From Fidelibacterota bacterium (GTDB lineage Bacteria > Fidelibacterota > Marinisomatia > Marinisomatales > Marinisomataceae), in the NCBI GenBank assembly GCA_028140795.1, contig JAOIOW010000002.1, positions 5,988 through 69,987 of the forward strand: DNA of 64,000 nucleotides. Direction: 5' to 3'. Both the position numbers and the translations under genes were made by a program. Within the stretch, counting starts at the first letter, position 1. Every line of letters starts with the position of its first letter. A model generated the notes under the pieces. It had not been told where the DNA came from. It saw only the letters and a list, made by a program, of their open reading frames with translations, and searched no databases. Of this stretch, positions 40,803 to 49,548 are shown in pieces.

Positions 40803-41738
40803 CTATGAAAATAATCTTTTCTTAATTCTTGTCCAAAAAGTTTCTTTTTTTGTTTCAAGTGGAACATTTATAGCATTTTCAAGCTCTTCCAAAAGATTTT
40901 CAATAGATGAATTAGCTGCTATTTCGCCAGATTCAATGAACTGTTCAGTCTGATCAAAAGCAGACCAATGAAGGTTGTCGTGTTTAGGTTTAATTACAAA
41001 ATTTGCTTTGCTCAACAAAAATGAATTTAAATGAGATACTGATACATCTCGAGATCTTGTAGAAATCTCAACAATGTTTGATGGCTCAGGTTGATTATCT
41101 ACTCCTCTAGTAATATTTACTGCAATGATAAAGTCGCAATTATCGATAAGCGGGGTCACTGGAGTTGGTAAAGCAACTCCACCATCAACAAGCATACGCT
41201 CATCTTTAAGTGTTGGTTCTATAAATCCAGGAATAGATGAACTTTGAACTACTGCATCAATTAAATTACCAGATTTATATATGATTGAGTTTCCAGACAT
41301 CAAGTCTGTAGTTGTAACCAATAAAGGTATCTTTAAATCACTAAACTGTTTACTTCCAAATAGAATTTCTGCTGCTTTTGCTAATCTTTCATTCTTGACA
41401 ATTGATTTTCTATTAGAGCTTACCATCAAGACATATTGATTTTTAATCTGCTTCATAATTTGAGAAAAAATTGATTCATCTTCCTCTGAATTAGCAATAT
41501 ATCTAAATCCTAACTCGTTAAAATTTTCACTTTGTATGTGTTCTAGATATTTTGATTCTACCACTTTCGCATTATGATGAGAAGCATACATAGCTCCAAT
41601 CATTGAGCCGGCGCTTGTTCCTGCAACGATATCGGGAACAATACCATTTGCTTCAAGAACTTTCAATACTCCGATATGGCATGCACCTCTTGCTCCACCA
41701 CCACCTAATGCTAATCCAATTTTTAAACTCTTATACAT
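40803..41738 (-). CDS. Patatin-like phospholipase
   Basis: 311 aa with the oxyanion hole GGGGARG, the nucleophile elbow GTSAGS and the Asp of the dyad in VDGGV. Confidence 0.85.
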   Translation of the reverse strand: MYKSLKIGLALGGGGARGACHIGVLKVLEANGIVPDIVAGTSAGSMIGAMYASHHNAKVVESKYLEHIQSENFNELGFRYIANSEEDESIFSQIMKQIKNQYVLMVSSNRKSIVKNERLAKAAEILFGSKQFSDLKIPLLVTTTDLMSGNSIIYKSGNLIDAVVQSSSIPGFIEPTLKDERMLVDGGVALPTPVTPLIDNCDFIIAVNITRGVDNQPEPSNIVEISTRSRDVSVSHLNSFLLSKANFVIKPKHDNLHWSAFDQTEQFIESGEIAANSSIENLLEELENAINVPLETKKETFWTRIKKRLFS

Positions 41739-42297
41739 TGCTTCCTGGCTTTATTGCAGGTATTTCTTGTAGTTCACTCGGTATATTGTCTTTATCAAAA
41801 ATTTTAGCTTTTTGAGAAGTAATTGAAAAAAAGTTATCATGAATGAACACTGGAGAAAGGCTCCTATCTACAATCACTCCAACTCCAACTACATTGCCTT
41901 TAAATTGAGCAATAAGATCAATGACTTCTTTTATTGAACCTCCAGTACTAAGTACATCTTCAATAATTAAAATTTTCTCATTTTCATTGATTTTAAATCC
42001 TCTTCTCAACTTCATTTTTCCTTCTGATCTTTCAGAAAATATTGTCTTTTTATTTAGTTGCCTTCCAACTTCCGTACCTAAAACAATCCCACCAATTGCA
42101 GGAGAAATAACTTTATCAATATCTAGATGAGAAAAGTGATTTGATAATATTTCACCAAACATAGACAGATACTTTGGATACTGTAAAACTTTTGCACATT
42201 GAAAGTATGTATCACTATGAAGACCAGACGATAAAATAAAGTGGCCATGCATAAGTGCTTGGGTTTCTTCAAATATTTTTATGAAATCTTTATCCAT
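41731..42297 (-). CDS. pyrE: Orotate phosphoribosyltransferase
   Basis: 188 aa with the PRPP-binding motif ILIIEDVLSTGGS. Adjacent to pyrF. Confidence 0.85.
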   Translation of the reverse strand: MDKDFIKIFEETQALMHGHFILSSGLHSDTYFQCAKVLQYPKYLSMFGEILSNHFSHLDIDKVISPAIGGIVLGTEVGRQLNKKTIFSERSEGKMKLRRGFKINENEKILIIEDVLSTGGSIKEVIDLIAQFKGNVVGVGVIVDRSLSPVFIHDNFFSITSQKAKIFDKDNIPSELQEIPAIKPGSNV

Positions 42298-43066
42298 TTA
42301 GTCCTCTTAGTTGATTTAAATACTGTTTAGCAGAATTACGAATTGAATCGTGATCTTTATTTCCAGAGAAAATAATTCCTCTAGATATATTTATTAAGGT
42401 CGTATCCATATTCTTCTCATTAATTTTAAGAACGCTTTGCAAATCTCCTCCTTGTGCTCCAATCCCAGGAATTAAAAAAGGTAAATCTGTTGAATTTCTA
42501 ACTTGCATTAGTGCATCATCATTAGTTGCCCCTACTACAAGACCAATATTTTGCTGATTATTTAATGCTTCACATAAAGAAATTACTTTTGAAAAAATAT
42601 CTTCTTGAATAAAGGTTGAAGATTTATTTGATGTTCTACATAATACATAAGCACCCTTAGATGCATTTGAAATAAATGGTTCAATTGATTCTTCTCCCAT
42701 ATAAGGACTCACAGTTATAGCATCGCAATTAAAATGATTAAAAAATGCATTAGCATAATGTAAGCCAGTGTTTCCTATATCCCCTCTTTTTGCATCGGCT
42801 ATAACAACATGATCACTACCAATATGTTTCATTAAATTTTCGAGCCAATAATATCCTTTTGAACCCCATTCTTCAAAAAAAGCAAGGTTTGGTTTATATG
42901 CTGCTGCAAGATCGCTAGTAGCATCTACGACCATCATCGAATAATCCATCATTTCATCTAAGGATACATTATCATTGAAATATTTTTTATCAATATCAAT
43001 TCCAACACAAAGATTTGAATTTTTATCAGAAATGTTTGTTTTTAGTTTATCGATGAATGAAAGCAC
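42290..43066 (-). CDS. pyrF: Orotidine 5'-phosphate decarboxylase (type-2-like)
   Basis: 258 aa with CVGIDID near the N-terminus, the catalytic DAKRGDIGNT motif and PGIGAQGG. Confidence 0.85.
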   Translation of the reverse strand: MLSFIDKLKTNISDKNSNLCVGIDIDKKYFNDNVSLDEMMDYSMMVVDATSDLAAAYKPNLAFFEEWGSKGYYWLENLMKHIGSDHVVIADAKRGDIGNTGLHYANAFFNHFNCDAITVSPYMGEESIEPFISNASKGAYVLCRTSNKSSTFIQEDIFSKVISLCEALNNQQNIGLVVGATNDDALMQVRNSTDLPFLIPGIGAQGGDLQSVLKINEKNMDTTLINISRGIIFSGNKDHDSIRNSAKQYLNQLRGLNG

Positions 43067-43140
43067 GAATAAATTTAAGATATTCTATCATAGCAAACAA
43101 ATGGCTTCATACTAGAATTAAAAATTTTTAATATTGGAAT

Positions 43141-43746
43141 ATGGAAACATCTACTGGACAATCAGAAACTCGAATTATTGCTTCAACAAATGTTTTCCAA
43201 ATAGAAAAAATTGAGAAGATTGGTAAAGCCGATTATCCAAAACTGATTGAAATATCATTACACCTTGCTAAAGAATACGGGAAGCAAGCAGTCTTCACAA
43301 AAGCTTCAATAGAAAAATACTTTAATACTGAAAAATCTCTTCCTTTTATTGCAAGATATCAAAACGAAATTATTGGCTACATTATTGGGATTCCATTAGA
43401 AGAACTTACCATGGAGCCTTGGGCATTGAATGATGAAAATTATGGTAAGCATAACACCTTGTACACTTATGCTTTTGTTATAATGGAAAAATATAAGTCC
43501 AATGGATATGCTAAAATGTTAAAAAGAGTCTATTTAAGCTGGGCACAAAAACGTGATAGAATAAGATATATTACAGGTCATGTTTTGTCTGGCACTGCTG
43601 ATATAAAGGATAATAGTATAAAGATAATATCTTTTGAAGAAAATTGGCAAGGTACCGGTAAGTCATTTGAATACTATAGAAGATCTTTTGATGAAGGTGT
43701 TGAAAGTTCTATCTTTAGTCCGCCATTCGAAATAATAGTTGAATAA
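43141..43746 (+). CDS. GNAT-like acetyltransferase-fold protein, function unknown
   Basis: 201 aa. IIGYIIGIPL (beta4-like), then YAFVIMEKYKSNGYAKMLKRV, which resembles the GNAT motif-A acetyl-CoA loop (x-x-x-G-x-A). I recognised no closer family. Confidence 0.45.
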   Translation: METSTGQSETRIIASTNVFQIEKIEKIGKADYPKLIEISLHLAKEYGKQAVFTKASIEKYFNTEKSLPFIARYQNEIIGYIIGIPLEELTMEPWALNDENYGKHNTLYTYAFVIMEKYKSNGYAKMLKRVYLSWAQKRDRIRYITGHVLSGTADIKDNSIKIISFEENWQGTGKSFEYYRRSFDEGVESSIFSPPFEIIVE

Positions 43747-43747
43747 A

Positions 43748-44833
43748 TTAAAAAAATGTTTTTAGAGCTTTATTAGAAATTTCATAGTTCATTTGAATCT
43801 TTAAAACCTCTCTTTCTTTAAATTCTAAATTTTGGGAAGGATGCTCAATAAATTTAAATATTTCTTTTTGTTCAGAATTGATATTGTAAACCAAGCATAT
43901 TATAAAAAATTCTTTCTTTTGTTTTGCAACTTCCCATTCTTTGCTTGTAAAAGTTATTGAACCACTATCTGAAGACAAACTTTTAACTTCAATGCAATAT
44001 TTTCCTTCATCAGCTAAAATTTCAAAATCATATCCACATTGGTCTTCAGTAGTATTTTTAAGATTTCCAGAGATGTTTTTTCCACTACTTAATTTCAAAA
44101 TACCTTCTTTTAAAAAATATTTTTCAAATAGTCTTTCACCCATTTTTCCAGTTTTTAATCTTTGTTTTGGATTGTAATTATTATGTTTTTTTTTATCTAA
44201 TTTCTCATTTTGAGCTATTAAATGTGAAAAATTATTTTGAAAATATTCATCATTATTTAAAAGTTTTTTTACAATTGAAAAAAGTTCATTTCTATTCAAA
44301 TCTTCTAATAATTCTGCAGTTGAATAGAAACTTCGAGGTAAAGTATCCTGTACATAACCTATTCTAAAGTCAAATAATGTATCAAATTTGTCTCTCATTT
44401 GTTTTAAATATGAATTTTGTTTCATGCCAAGCTTCATACTTAAATCTCTTTCGACTTCCTTTTGAGAATTGAATTTATCTTTGTAACCAAACTCTAAGTA
44501 AGCCTCCTTATTGTATTTTGCTAAACAATAAGCAACAATCAATCCTTTTTGATTAGGTTTATAATATAATTCTTTTTGGTAATTGTGAGTTAACCCCCAA
44601 AAACCTTTACCTTTTCCATAAACTGGAGTGAAAAGTTTTGGATAACCGTCTTTATAGCTATCTGTATCAATGCTATGCTCTTCAATTCTAGCTCGAATAT
44701 TAGCTTTCCATGTTTTAGGAAGAATTTTATTATCAATATTGTACAATCTTTTAACCTCTTTGTAAAGATTATCATATGAAGATTGTCCATCAAGATTTTC
44801 TAGTGCAATTATTATGTAGTCAACTAATCGCAT
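43748..44833 (-). CDS. Stand-alone wHTH + PD-(D/E)xK (DUF3883-like) nuclease-fold protein
   Basis: 361 aa. Residues 1-85 look like an Mrr_N/HARE-type winged helix (DYIIIALENLDG...WKANIRARIEEHS...GKGFWGL). Residues ~228-335 carry GYDFEI-x10-IEVKS...FTSKEWEVAKQ...FFIICLV, a D269-x12-E282-x-K284 core plus the following helix, typical of DUF3883. Confidence 0.55.
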   Translation of the reverse strand: MRLVDYIIIALENLDGQSSYDNLYKEVKRLYNIDNKILPKTWKANIRARIEEHSIDTDSYKDGYPKLFTPVYGKGKGFWGLTHNYQKELYYKPNQKGLIVAYCLAKYNKEAYLEFGYKDKFNSQKEVERDLSMKLGMKQNSYLKQMRDKFDTLFDFRIGYVQDTLPRSFYSTAELLEDLNRNELFSIVKKLLNNDEYFQNNFSHLIAQNEKLDKKKHNNYNPKQRLKTGKMGERLFEKYFLKEGILKLSSGKNISGNLKNTTEDQCGYDFEILADEGKYCIEVKSLSSDSGSITFTSKEWEVAKQKKEFFIICLVYNINSEQKEIFKFIEHPSQNLEFKEREVLKIQMNYEISNKALKTFF

Positions 44834-44839
44834 ATATAA

Positions 44840-46228
44840 TTATTTCTTCAAATAACTTATTAGAACTAACGAAGTTGATGAAATTGCTAGCGCAGGTATT
44901 ACAGCCTCATCTAAACTCCACTGATTTCCAAAATACACTGTAGCAACTATACCTGAGAGTATTGAACAAATAGCACCATACTTTGTTGCTTTATCCCAAA
45001 AGAATGCAGCTAATAGAGTTGGAGTAATTGCAGTTCCATAGATTGTAAATGCATATAGTGCTTTTTCAAAGATAGTTGTATCAGCGGCAAACATTCTTGA
45101 AACCCAATACGAAAAGAATCCTAAAGCTAAAACTAAAATTCTGCTGAGTGTAACAATCATTTTATCTGAATATTTTTTATTTGAATACTTTAAGTAAATA
45201 TCATTGATCAAAATAGTTGTAGGGACCAATAAAAAAGAGTCTGCAGTCGAAATTATTATACCAATAATTGTAGCAAGCATAATTGCACCTACGATAGGTG
45301 GAAGGAAATTGTATGCAGCATAGATTAATACATGTGATTCTTTTGCAATATCCGTAATCATACTTGAACTAATCCAAGCATTTGCAATAATTAAAGATTC
45401 TAAAATGACTACAGCAAAGAATAAAAGGAAGGTTGCCTTTTGAGCTGATTTAACGGATTCACTTGCAAAAAATCTTTGATACATATTCGCATCTCCGAGA
45501 ATCAATAAAAATGAAGGTAATGTAAAATTAATTACATCTCTAAATGATAAAACGCCAAATAAAGACATATTGTTTGGCATACCTTTGTTTTCAAAGCTCA
45601 TTGCCATTCCTTCAAATCCACCAGCTTGAAAAAATAGAATTGGTAATGCTATAATAAAACAAATAATCATCAAAATACCATTAGCAACATCTGTATAAGC
45701 AACGCTCAATAGTCCAGCTAATACTGTATACGCAACAATAAATAATGCTGCAATAATAGTTGCCTGATCTAATGATAGGTTTGAACCTAAGTTGTCATGA
45801 AAAATAGTATAAATAACTGCTCCACCAGCGTTAAACTGATAACTTACAATCACTAAATAAGCTGTTAAGAGTGCAACTACAGATAAAATCATTGCAACAT
45901 CACCAAAACGTGATCCAATAATTTCCGGTACTGTTAATTTTTCAGATGCTCTTGCTTTTCCTGCAATTTTTGTAAGTGCTAAAACACCAAGCATTCCTCC
46001 AATTGGCAGTAAAAAGCCGGCTGCACCAATTTCAAATGTTTTTCCTGCGTTACCAAGAACTGAACCAGTACCCATCCAAGTTGCTGCCATGGTTCCAACT
46101 AATATCCATGGAGATAATGATCTTCCTGCAACTGAGAAATCTTCCTGATTCTTTATGGAATCTGATTTACTAAAACCGATCCAAAGTAATGCAACAAGAT
46201 AAATTGATATAATTAGGTAATAAATCAT
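44840..46228 (-). CDS. Sodium:solute symporter family (SSF) transporter
   Basis: 462 aa with about 13 TM helices. N-terminal SVAGRSLSPW and internal LAGLLSVAYTDV motifs typical of the SSF family. Confidence 0.75.
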   Translation of the reverse strand: MIYYLIISIYLVALLWIGFSKSDSIKNQEDFSVAGRSLSPWILVGTMAATWMGTGSVLGNAGKTFEIGAAGFLLPIGGMLGVLALTKIAGKARASEKLTVPEIIGSRFGDVAMILSVVALLTAYLVIVSYQFNAGGAVIYTIFHDNLGSNLSLDQATIIAALFIVAYTVLAGLLSVAYTDVANGILMIICFIIALPILFFQAGGFEGMAMSFENKGMPNNMSLFGVLSFRDVINFTLPSFLLILGDANMYQRFFASESVKSAQKATFLLFFAVVILESLIIANAWISSSMITDIAKESHVLIYAAYNFLPPIVGAIMLATIIGIIISTADSFLLVPTTILINDIYLKYSNKKYSDKMIVTLSRILVLALGFFSYWVSRMFAADTTIFEKALYAFTIYGTAITPTLLAAFFWDKATKYGAICSILSGIVATVYFGNQWSLDEAVIPALAISSTSLVLISYLKK

Positions 46229-46267
46229 TGTAATAGTTTATACATAATACATATATTATTTTTACAA

Positions 46268-47530
46268 ATGCAATTACATTGGAAAATAATTATTGGATTA
46301 GTTTTAGGAGCTATTTACGGTATTTTAAGTGCAGTAAATGGCTGGAATGGTTTTACATCAGACTTCATTTCCCCTTTTGGAACAATATTTCTTAATCTTT
46401 TAAAATTAATTGCTGTTCCATTGGTTGTTTCCTCATTAATTACTGGAGTTGCATCATTGTCTGATACTAGAAAATTATCAAGAATTGGTTGGAAGACTAT
46501 TGCGCTCTACATTTCAACAACTGCAGTAGCAGTTAGCATTGGGCTCATATTAGTTAATTTGCTTGAGCCTGGAAATGCCATTCCAGAAAGCTATCAAGAA
46601 AGTTTATCAAGTGAATACTTTAATACTGCAGCAGATAAACAAGAAGCTGCAGCATCAATTCAACAAAATAGAGGACCTCTTCAACCGCTGGTAGATATGG
46701 TTCCTGGTAATATTTTTTCTGCTGCATCCAATAATAGAAATATGCTTCAAGTAGTTTTCATTTCATTGATATTTGGAATTGCTCTAATTGGAATTGACAG
46801 AAAATACTCAAGACCAGTTTTAGAGTTTTTAGAAGGCATAAATCAAATGATTATTAAACTAGTTGAAATGATAATGTATTTTGCTCCTTTTGGAGTATTT
46901 GCTTTGATTGCTAAAACAATTAGTTCTGTTTCTGGTGATATTTCTCAAATAAGTGAAATTCTTTCTGCTTTAGTTTTTTATATGGGTGTTGTGATTCTTG
47001 GTCTTTTTGTTCATATGGGAATAACCTACATGACACTACTAAAGATTTTTACAACTATGGATATAAAACATTTTCTTAAATCTATGGCTCCTGTACAGCT
47101 TTTAGGATTTTCAACAAGTTCAAGTGGAGCAACCTTACCAGTAACTATGAAGCGTTGTGAAAAGGATCTTGGAATTTCGGAGGAGATTTCATCATTTGTG
47201 TTGCCTTTAGGAGCAACAATTAATATGGATGGAACTGCATTGTATCAAGGAGTAGCAGCAGTCTTCATTGCGCAGGCAGTCGGCATGGATTTAACATTAG
47301 CTAACCAATTTACGATTGTGGCTACCGCTGTTTTAGCTTCCATAGGAACTGCAGCTGTTCCAGGAGCAGGAATCATCATGCTGATTATTATTTTAGAAGC
47401 TATTAATGTACCAAGTGAAGGTATTGCGCTTATTCTAGGTGTGGATAGAATTCTTGATATGATTAGAACTGCTACAAACGTCACCGGAGATGCGACAGTT
47501 GCTAGTGTGATGGATTCTTTAGAGCGCTAA
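46268..47530 (+). CDS. Dicarboxylate/amino acid:cation symporter (DAACS, GltP-like)
   Basis: 420 aa with SSSGATLP (HP1-like), GATINMDGTALY and VDRILDMIRTATNVTGD motifs of the glutamate transporter family. Confidence 0.85.
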   Translation: MQLHWKIIIGLVLGAIYGILSAVNGWNGFTSDFISPFGTIFLNLLKLIAVPLVVSSLITGVASLSDTRKLSRIGWKTIALYISTTAVAVSIGLILVNLLEPGNAIPESYQESLSSEYFNTAADKQEAAASIQQNRGPLQPLVDMVPGNIFSAASNNRNMLQVVFISLIFGIALIGIDRKYSRPVLEFLEGINQMIIKLVEMIMYFAPFGVFALIAKTISSVSGDISQISEILSALVFYMGVVILGLFVHMGITYMTLLKIFTTMDIKHFLKSMAPVQLLGFSTSSSGATLPVTMKRCEKDLGISEEISSFVLPLGATINMDGTALYQGVAAVFIAQAVGMDLTLANQFTIVATAVLASIGTAAVPGAGIIMLIIILEAINVPSEGIALILGVDRILDMIRTATNVTGDATVASVMDSLER

Positions 47531-48614
47531 CCCACTCTTCATATTTTTCTGCAATTGTATCTTTTATATCTGAAATCTGTAACGATCTTGTGGCAGAAAC
47601 CATCAAACTATCTGGAAACGATTGCTTTAAATAAGAAATTTTCTCAGGATCTACTAAATCAATCTTGTTAAAAACATATTTATAATCAATTTCATTGGCA
47701 TTTATCTCCTTTAAAACACTTTTGATTGTTTCTATTTCATTGAATAAATCTTGTGAATTTGCATCAAGAACGATTAATAATAAATTTGAATCAACCACCT
47801 CTTGAAGCGTAGATTTGAAACTAGCGATTAAATTATCAGGAAGATTTCTAATAAAACCAACTGTATCACTTAAAAGGACATAATTATTATCACCAATAAA
47901 TAATCTTCTAACAGTAGTGTCCAAAGTTGCAAATAACTGATTTCGGATTAATACATCACTTTTAGTAACTGACTTCATTAAAGATGATTTTCCTACATTT
48001 GTGTATCCAACAAATGAAGTTCTAAAAAATGACTTTCTCTTTTTACTTTGTACCTGTCTTTCGGAGTCGATACTCTTAAGTTTTTTCTTTAGCAAAGAAA
48101 TCTTTTTTCGAATAATTCTTCTATCAACCTCAATCTGTGTTTCACCAGCACCTGCCCTTGTTCCAAATCCTCCCATCTGCCTTTCAAGGTGAGTCCATAA
48201 TCTGGTCAACCTGGGCAATTGGTATTGCAATCTAGCTAGTTCAACTTGTGTTTTAGATTCTTTTGATTTTGCATTTCTAAAAAATATTTCAAGTATTACG
48301 CCAGGCCTGTCTAAGAGCTTAATGTCTTTATTTAATTTTTGAAAATTTTTCGTTTGAACAGGACTTAAGTCTTCATCAAAAATTATATAATCTACTCCAA
48401 GCATTTTAGCCTGCTCAATTACTTGTTTTGCTTTTCCACTTCCAATGAAATAAGTAGGATTTATAGTGTTTATTTTTTGTTCAACTACTCCTTTTACTTT
48501 TACACCAAGAGTAGATATGAGTAATGATATTTCCTCAACACTATTATGATAATTCTTACTGCTTTTCCATATTCTTGGAGCAACAACTATCGCTGTTTCA
48601 ATCTTACGATTCAT
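47502..48614 (-). CDS. hflX: GTPase HflX
   Basis: 370 aa with an HflX N-terminal domain (QVELARLQYQLPRL), G1 GYTNVGKSSL and G3 DTVGF. Its 3' end overlaps the 3' end of the GltP-like gene by 29 nt. Confidence 0.9.
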   Translation of the reverse strand: MNRKIETAIVVAPRIWKSSKNYHNSVEEISLLISTLGVKVKGVVEQKINTINPTYFIGSGKAKQVIEQAKMLGVDYIIFDEDLSPVQTKNFQKLNKDIKLLDRPGVILEIFFRNAKSKESKTQVELARLQYQLPRLTRLWTHLERQMGGFGTRAGAGETQIEVDRRIIRKKISLLKKKLKSIDSERQVQSKKRKSFFRTSFVGYTNVGKSSLMKSVTKSDVLIRNQLFATLDTTVRRLFIGDNNYVLLSDTVGFIRNLPDNLIASFKSTLQEVVDSNLLLIVLDANSQDLFNEIETIKSVLKEINANEIDYKYVFNKIDLVDPEKISYLKQSFPDSLMVSATRSLQISDIKDTIAEKYEEWVSALKNPSH

Positions 48615-49548
48615 TTACTACAATTTGATTGAAAACAAGCTCTATAAAAATATCGTAAATGAATTCATTAAAAATATTATTTGTCCATTCTTCATCAATT
48701 TTGGTAGCCAAGAATATTACATTAGAACCTAAAATATTTTTTTTAATTACAAGTGGATCATTGGTTGAAATATTAAAAGAAGCTTCATCAGAGTTATAAT
48801 CTTTTAATTCATAAAATCTATATACTTGAAATGCTTTGCTATTATTAGATAAATATTTAACTGGATATTCTTCTTCAAATTTAAAGAACTGATTTTTTGA
48901 TGTACCTCTTAATGCTTTAACTTTTGGATAATCGAGAGTTTTAGATAGATATTCACTATCGACATTGTCTATAAAATATAAAATGGGTTTTTTCTCTAAC
49001 ATAAATTTTTGAATCTCTCTAATTAAGTTATCAGAAAAATCTTTTATTCCTTCAACTATTAAAATATCATATCCAGAAAAATCATACTTTTTGAAACTTT
49101 CAGTTTTAACTATATCATATTGAAATAACCGGTTACTATCCAATAAACTAGCAAAACTACTTTCATTGTCGTTAAGTATAATTACTCTTTGCTGATTTCT
49201 AGGCTCAACTTTTATAGAGAAGCTATTAATAGATAATCCGTCTTGCTTTAAATCAATTAATACTGAATCAGCATCAATACTTACAGGAATATTTCTTACA
49301 TGAGTATTCAATGAGTCCGAACCAAAATCAAATTTTCCATTCATTATATCATTTGTTGACCAATGCATTTCAATATTTCTTAAATCAGGATTATGATAGC
49401 TCAGCTTTACTTGTAAAGAATCAGAATCAACCAATTTGTAGTCATTTACTACAATGTTAAAATCAATATCCTTAGATATTGATATTTCTGAAGAATCATT
49501 ATTACATGATAGAAGAAAAAAAGAAACTAAAAATAAACTTCGGATCAT
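48604..49548 (-). CDS. Hypothetical lipoprotein
   Basis: 314 aa with the lipobox LFLVSFFLLSC. I recognised no family. Translationally overlapped with the PASTA gene (4 nt) and with hflX (11 nt). Confidence 0.5.
   Translation of the reverse strand: MIRSLFLVSFFLLSCNNDSSEISISKDIDFNIVVNDYKLVDSDSLQVKLSYHNPDLRNIEMHWSTNDIMNGKFDFGSDSLNTHVRNIPVSIDADSVLIDLKQDGLSINSFSIKVEPRNQQRVIILNDNESSFASLLDSNRLFQYDIVKTESFKKYDFSGYDILIVEGIKDFSDNLIREIQKFMLEKKPILYFIDNVDSEYLSKTLDYPKVKALRGTSKNQFFKFEEEYPVKYLSNNSKAFQVYRFYELKDYNSDEASFNISTNDPLVIKKNILGSNVIFLATKIDEEWTNNIFNEFIYDIFIELVFNQIVVNES

Noticed and set aside
40803-41738. The patatin-like phospholipase as a CBASS-type or other defence effector.
   Set aside because: No cyclase, nucleotidyltransferase, sensor or other defence partner lies nearby. 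The gene is wedged between pyrE and dsbD with tight coupling. An RssA-like housekeeping lipase is more likely.
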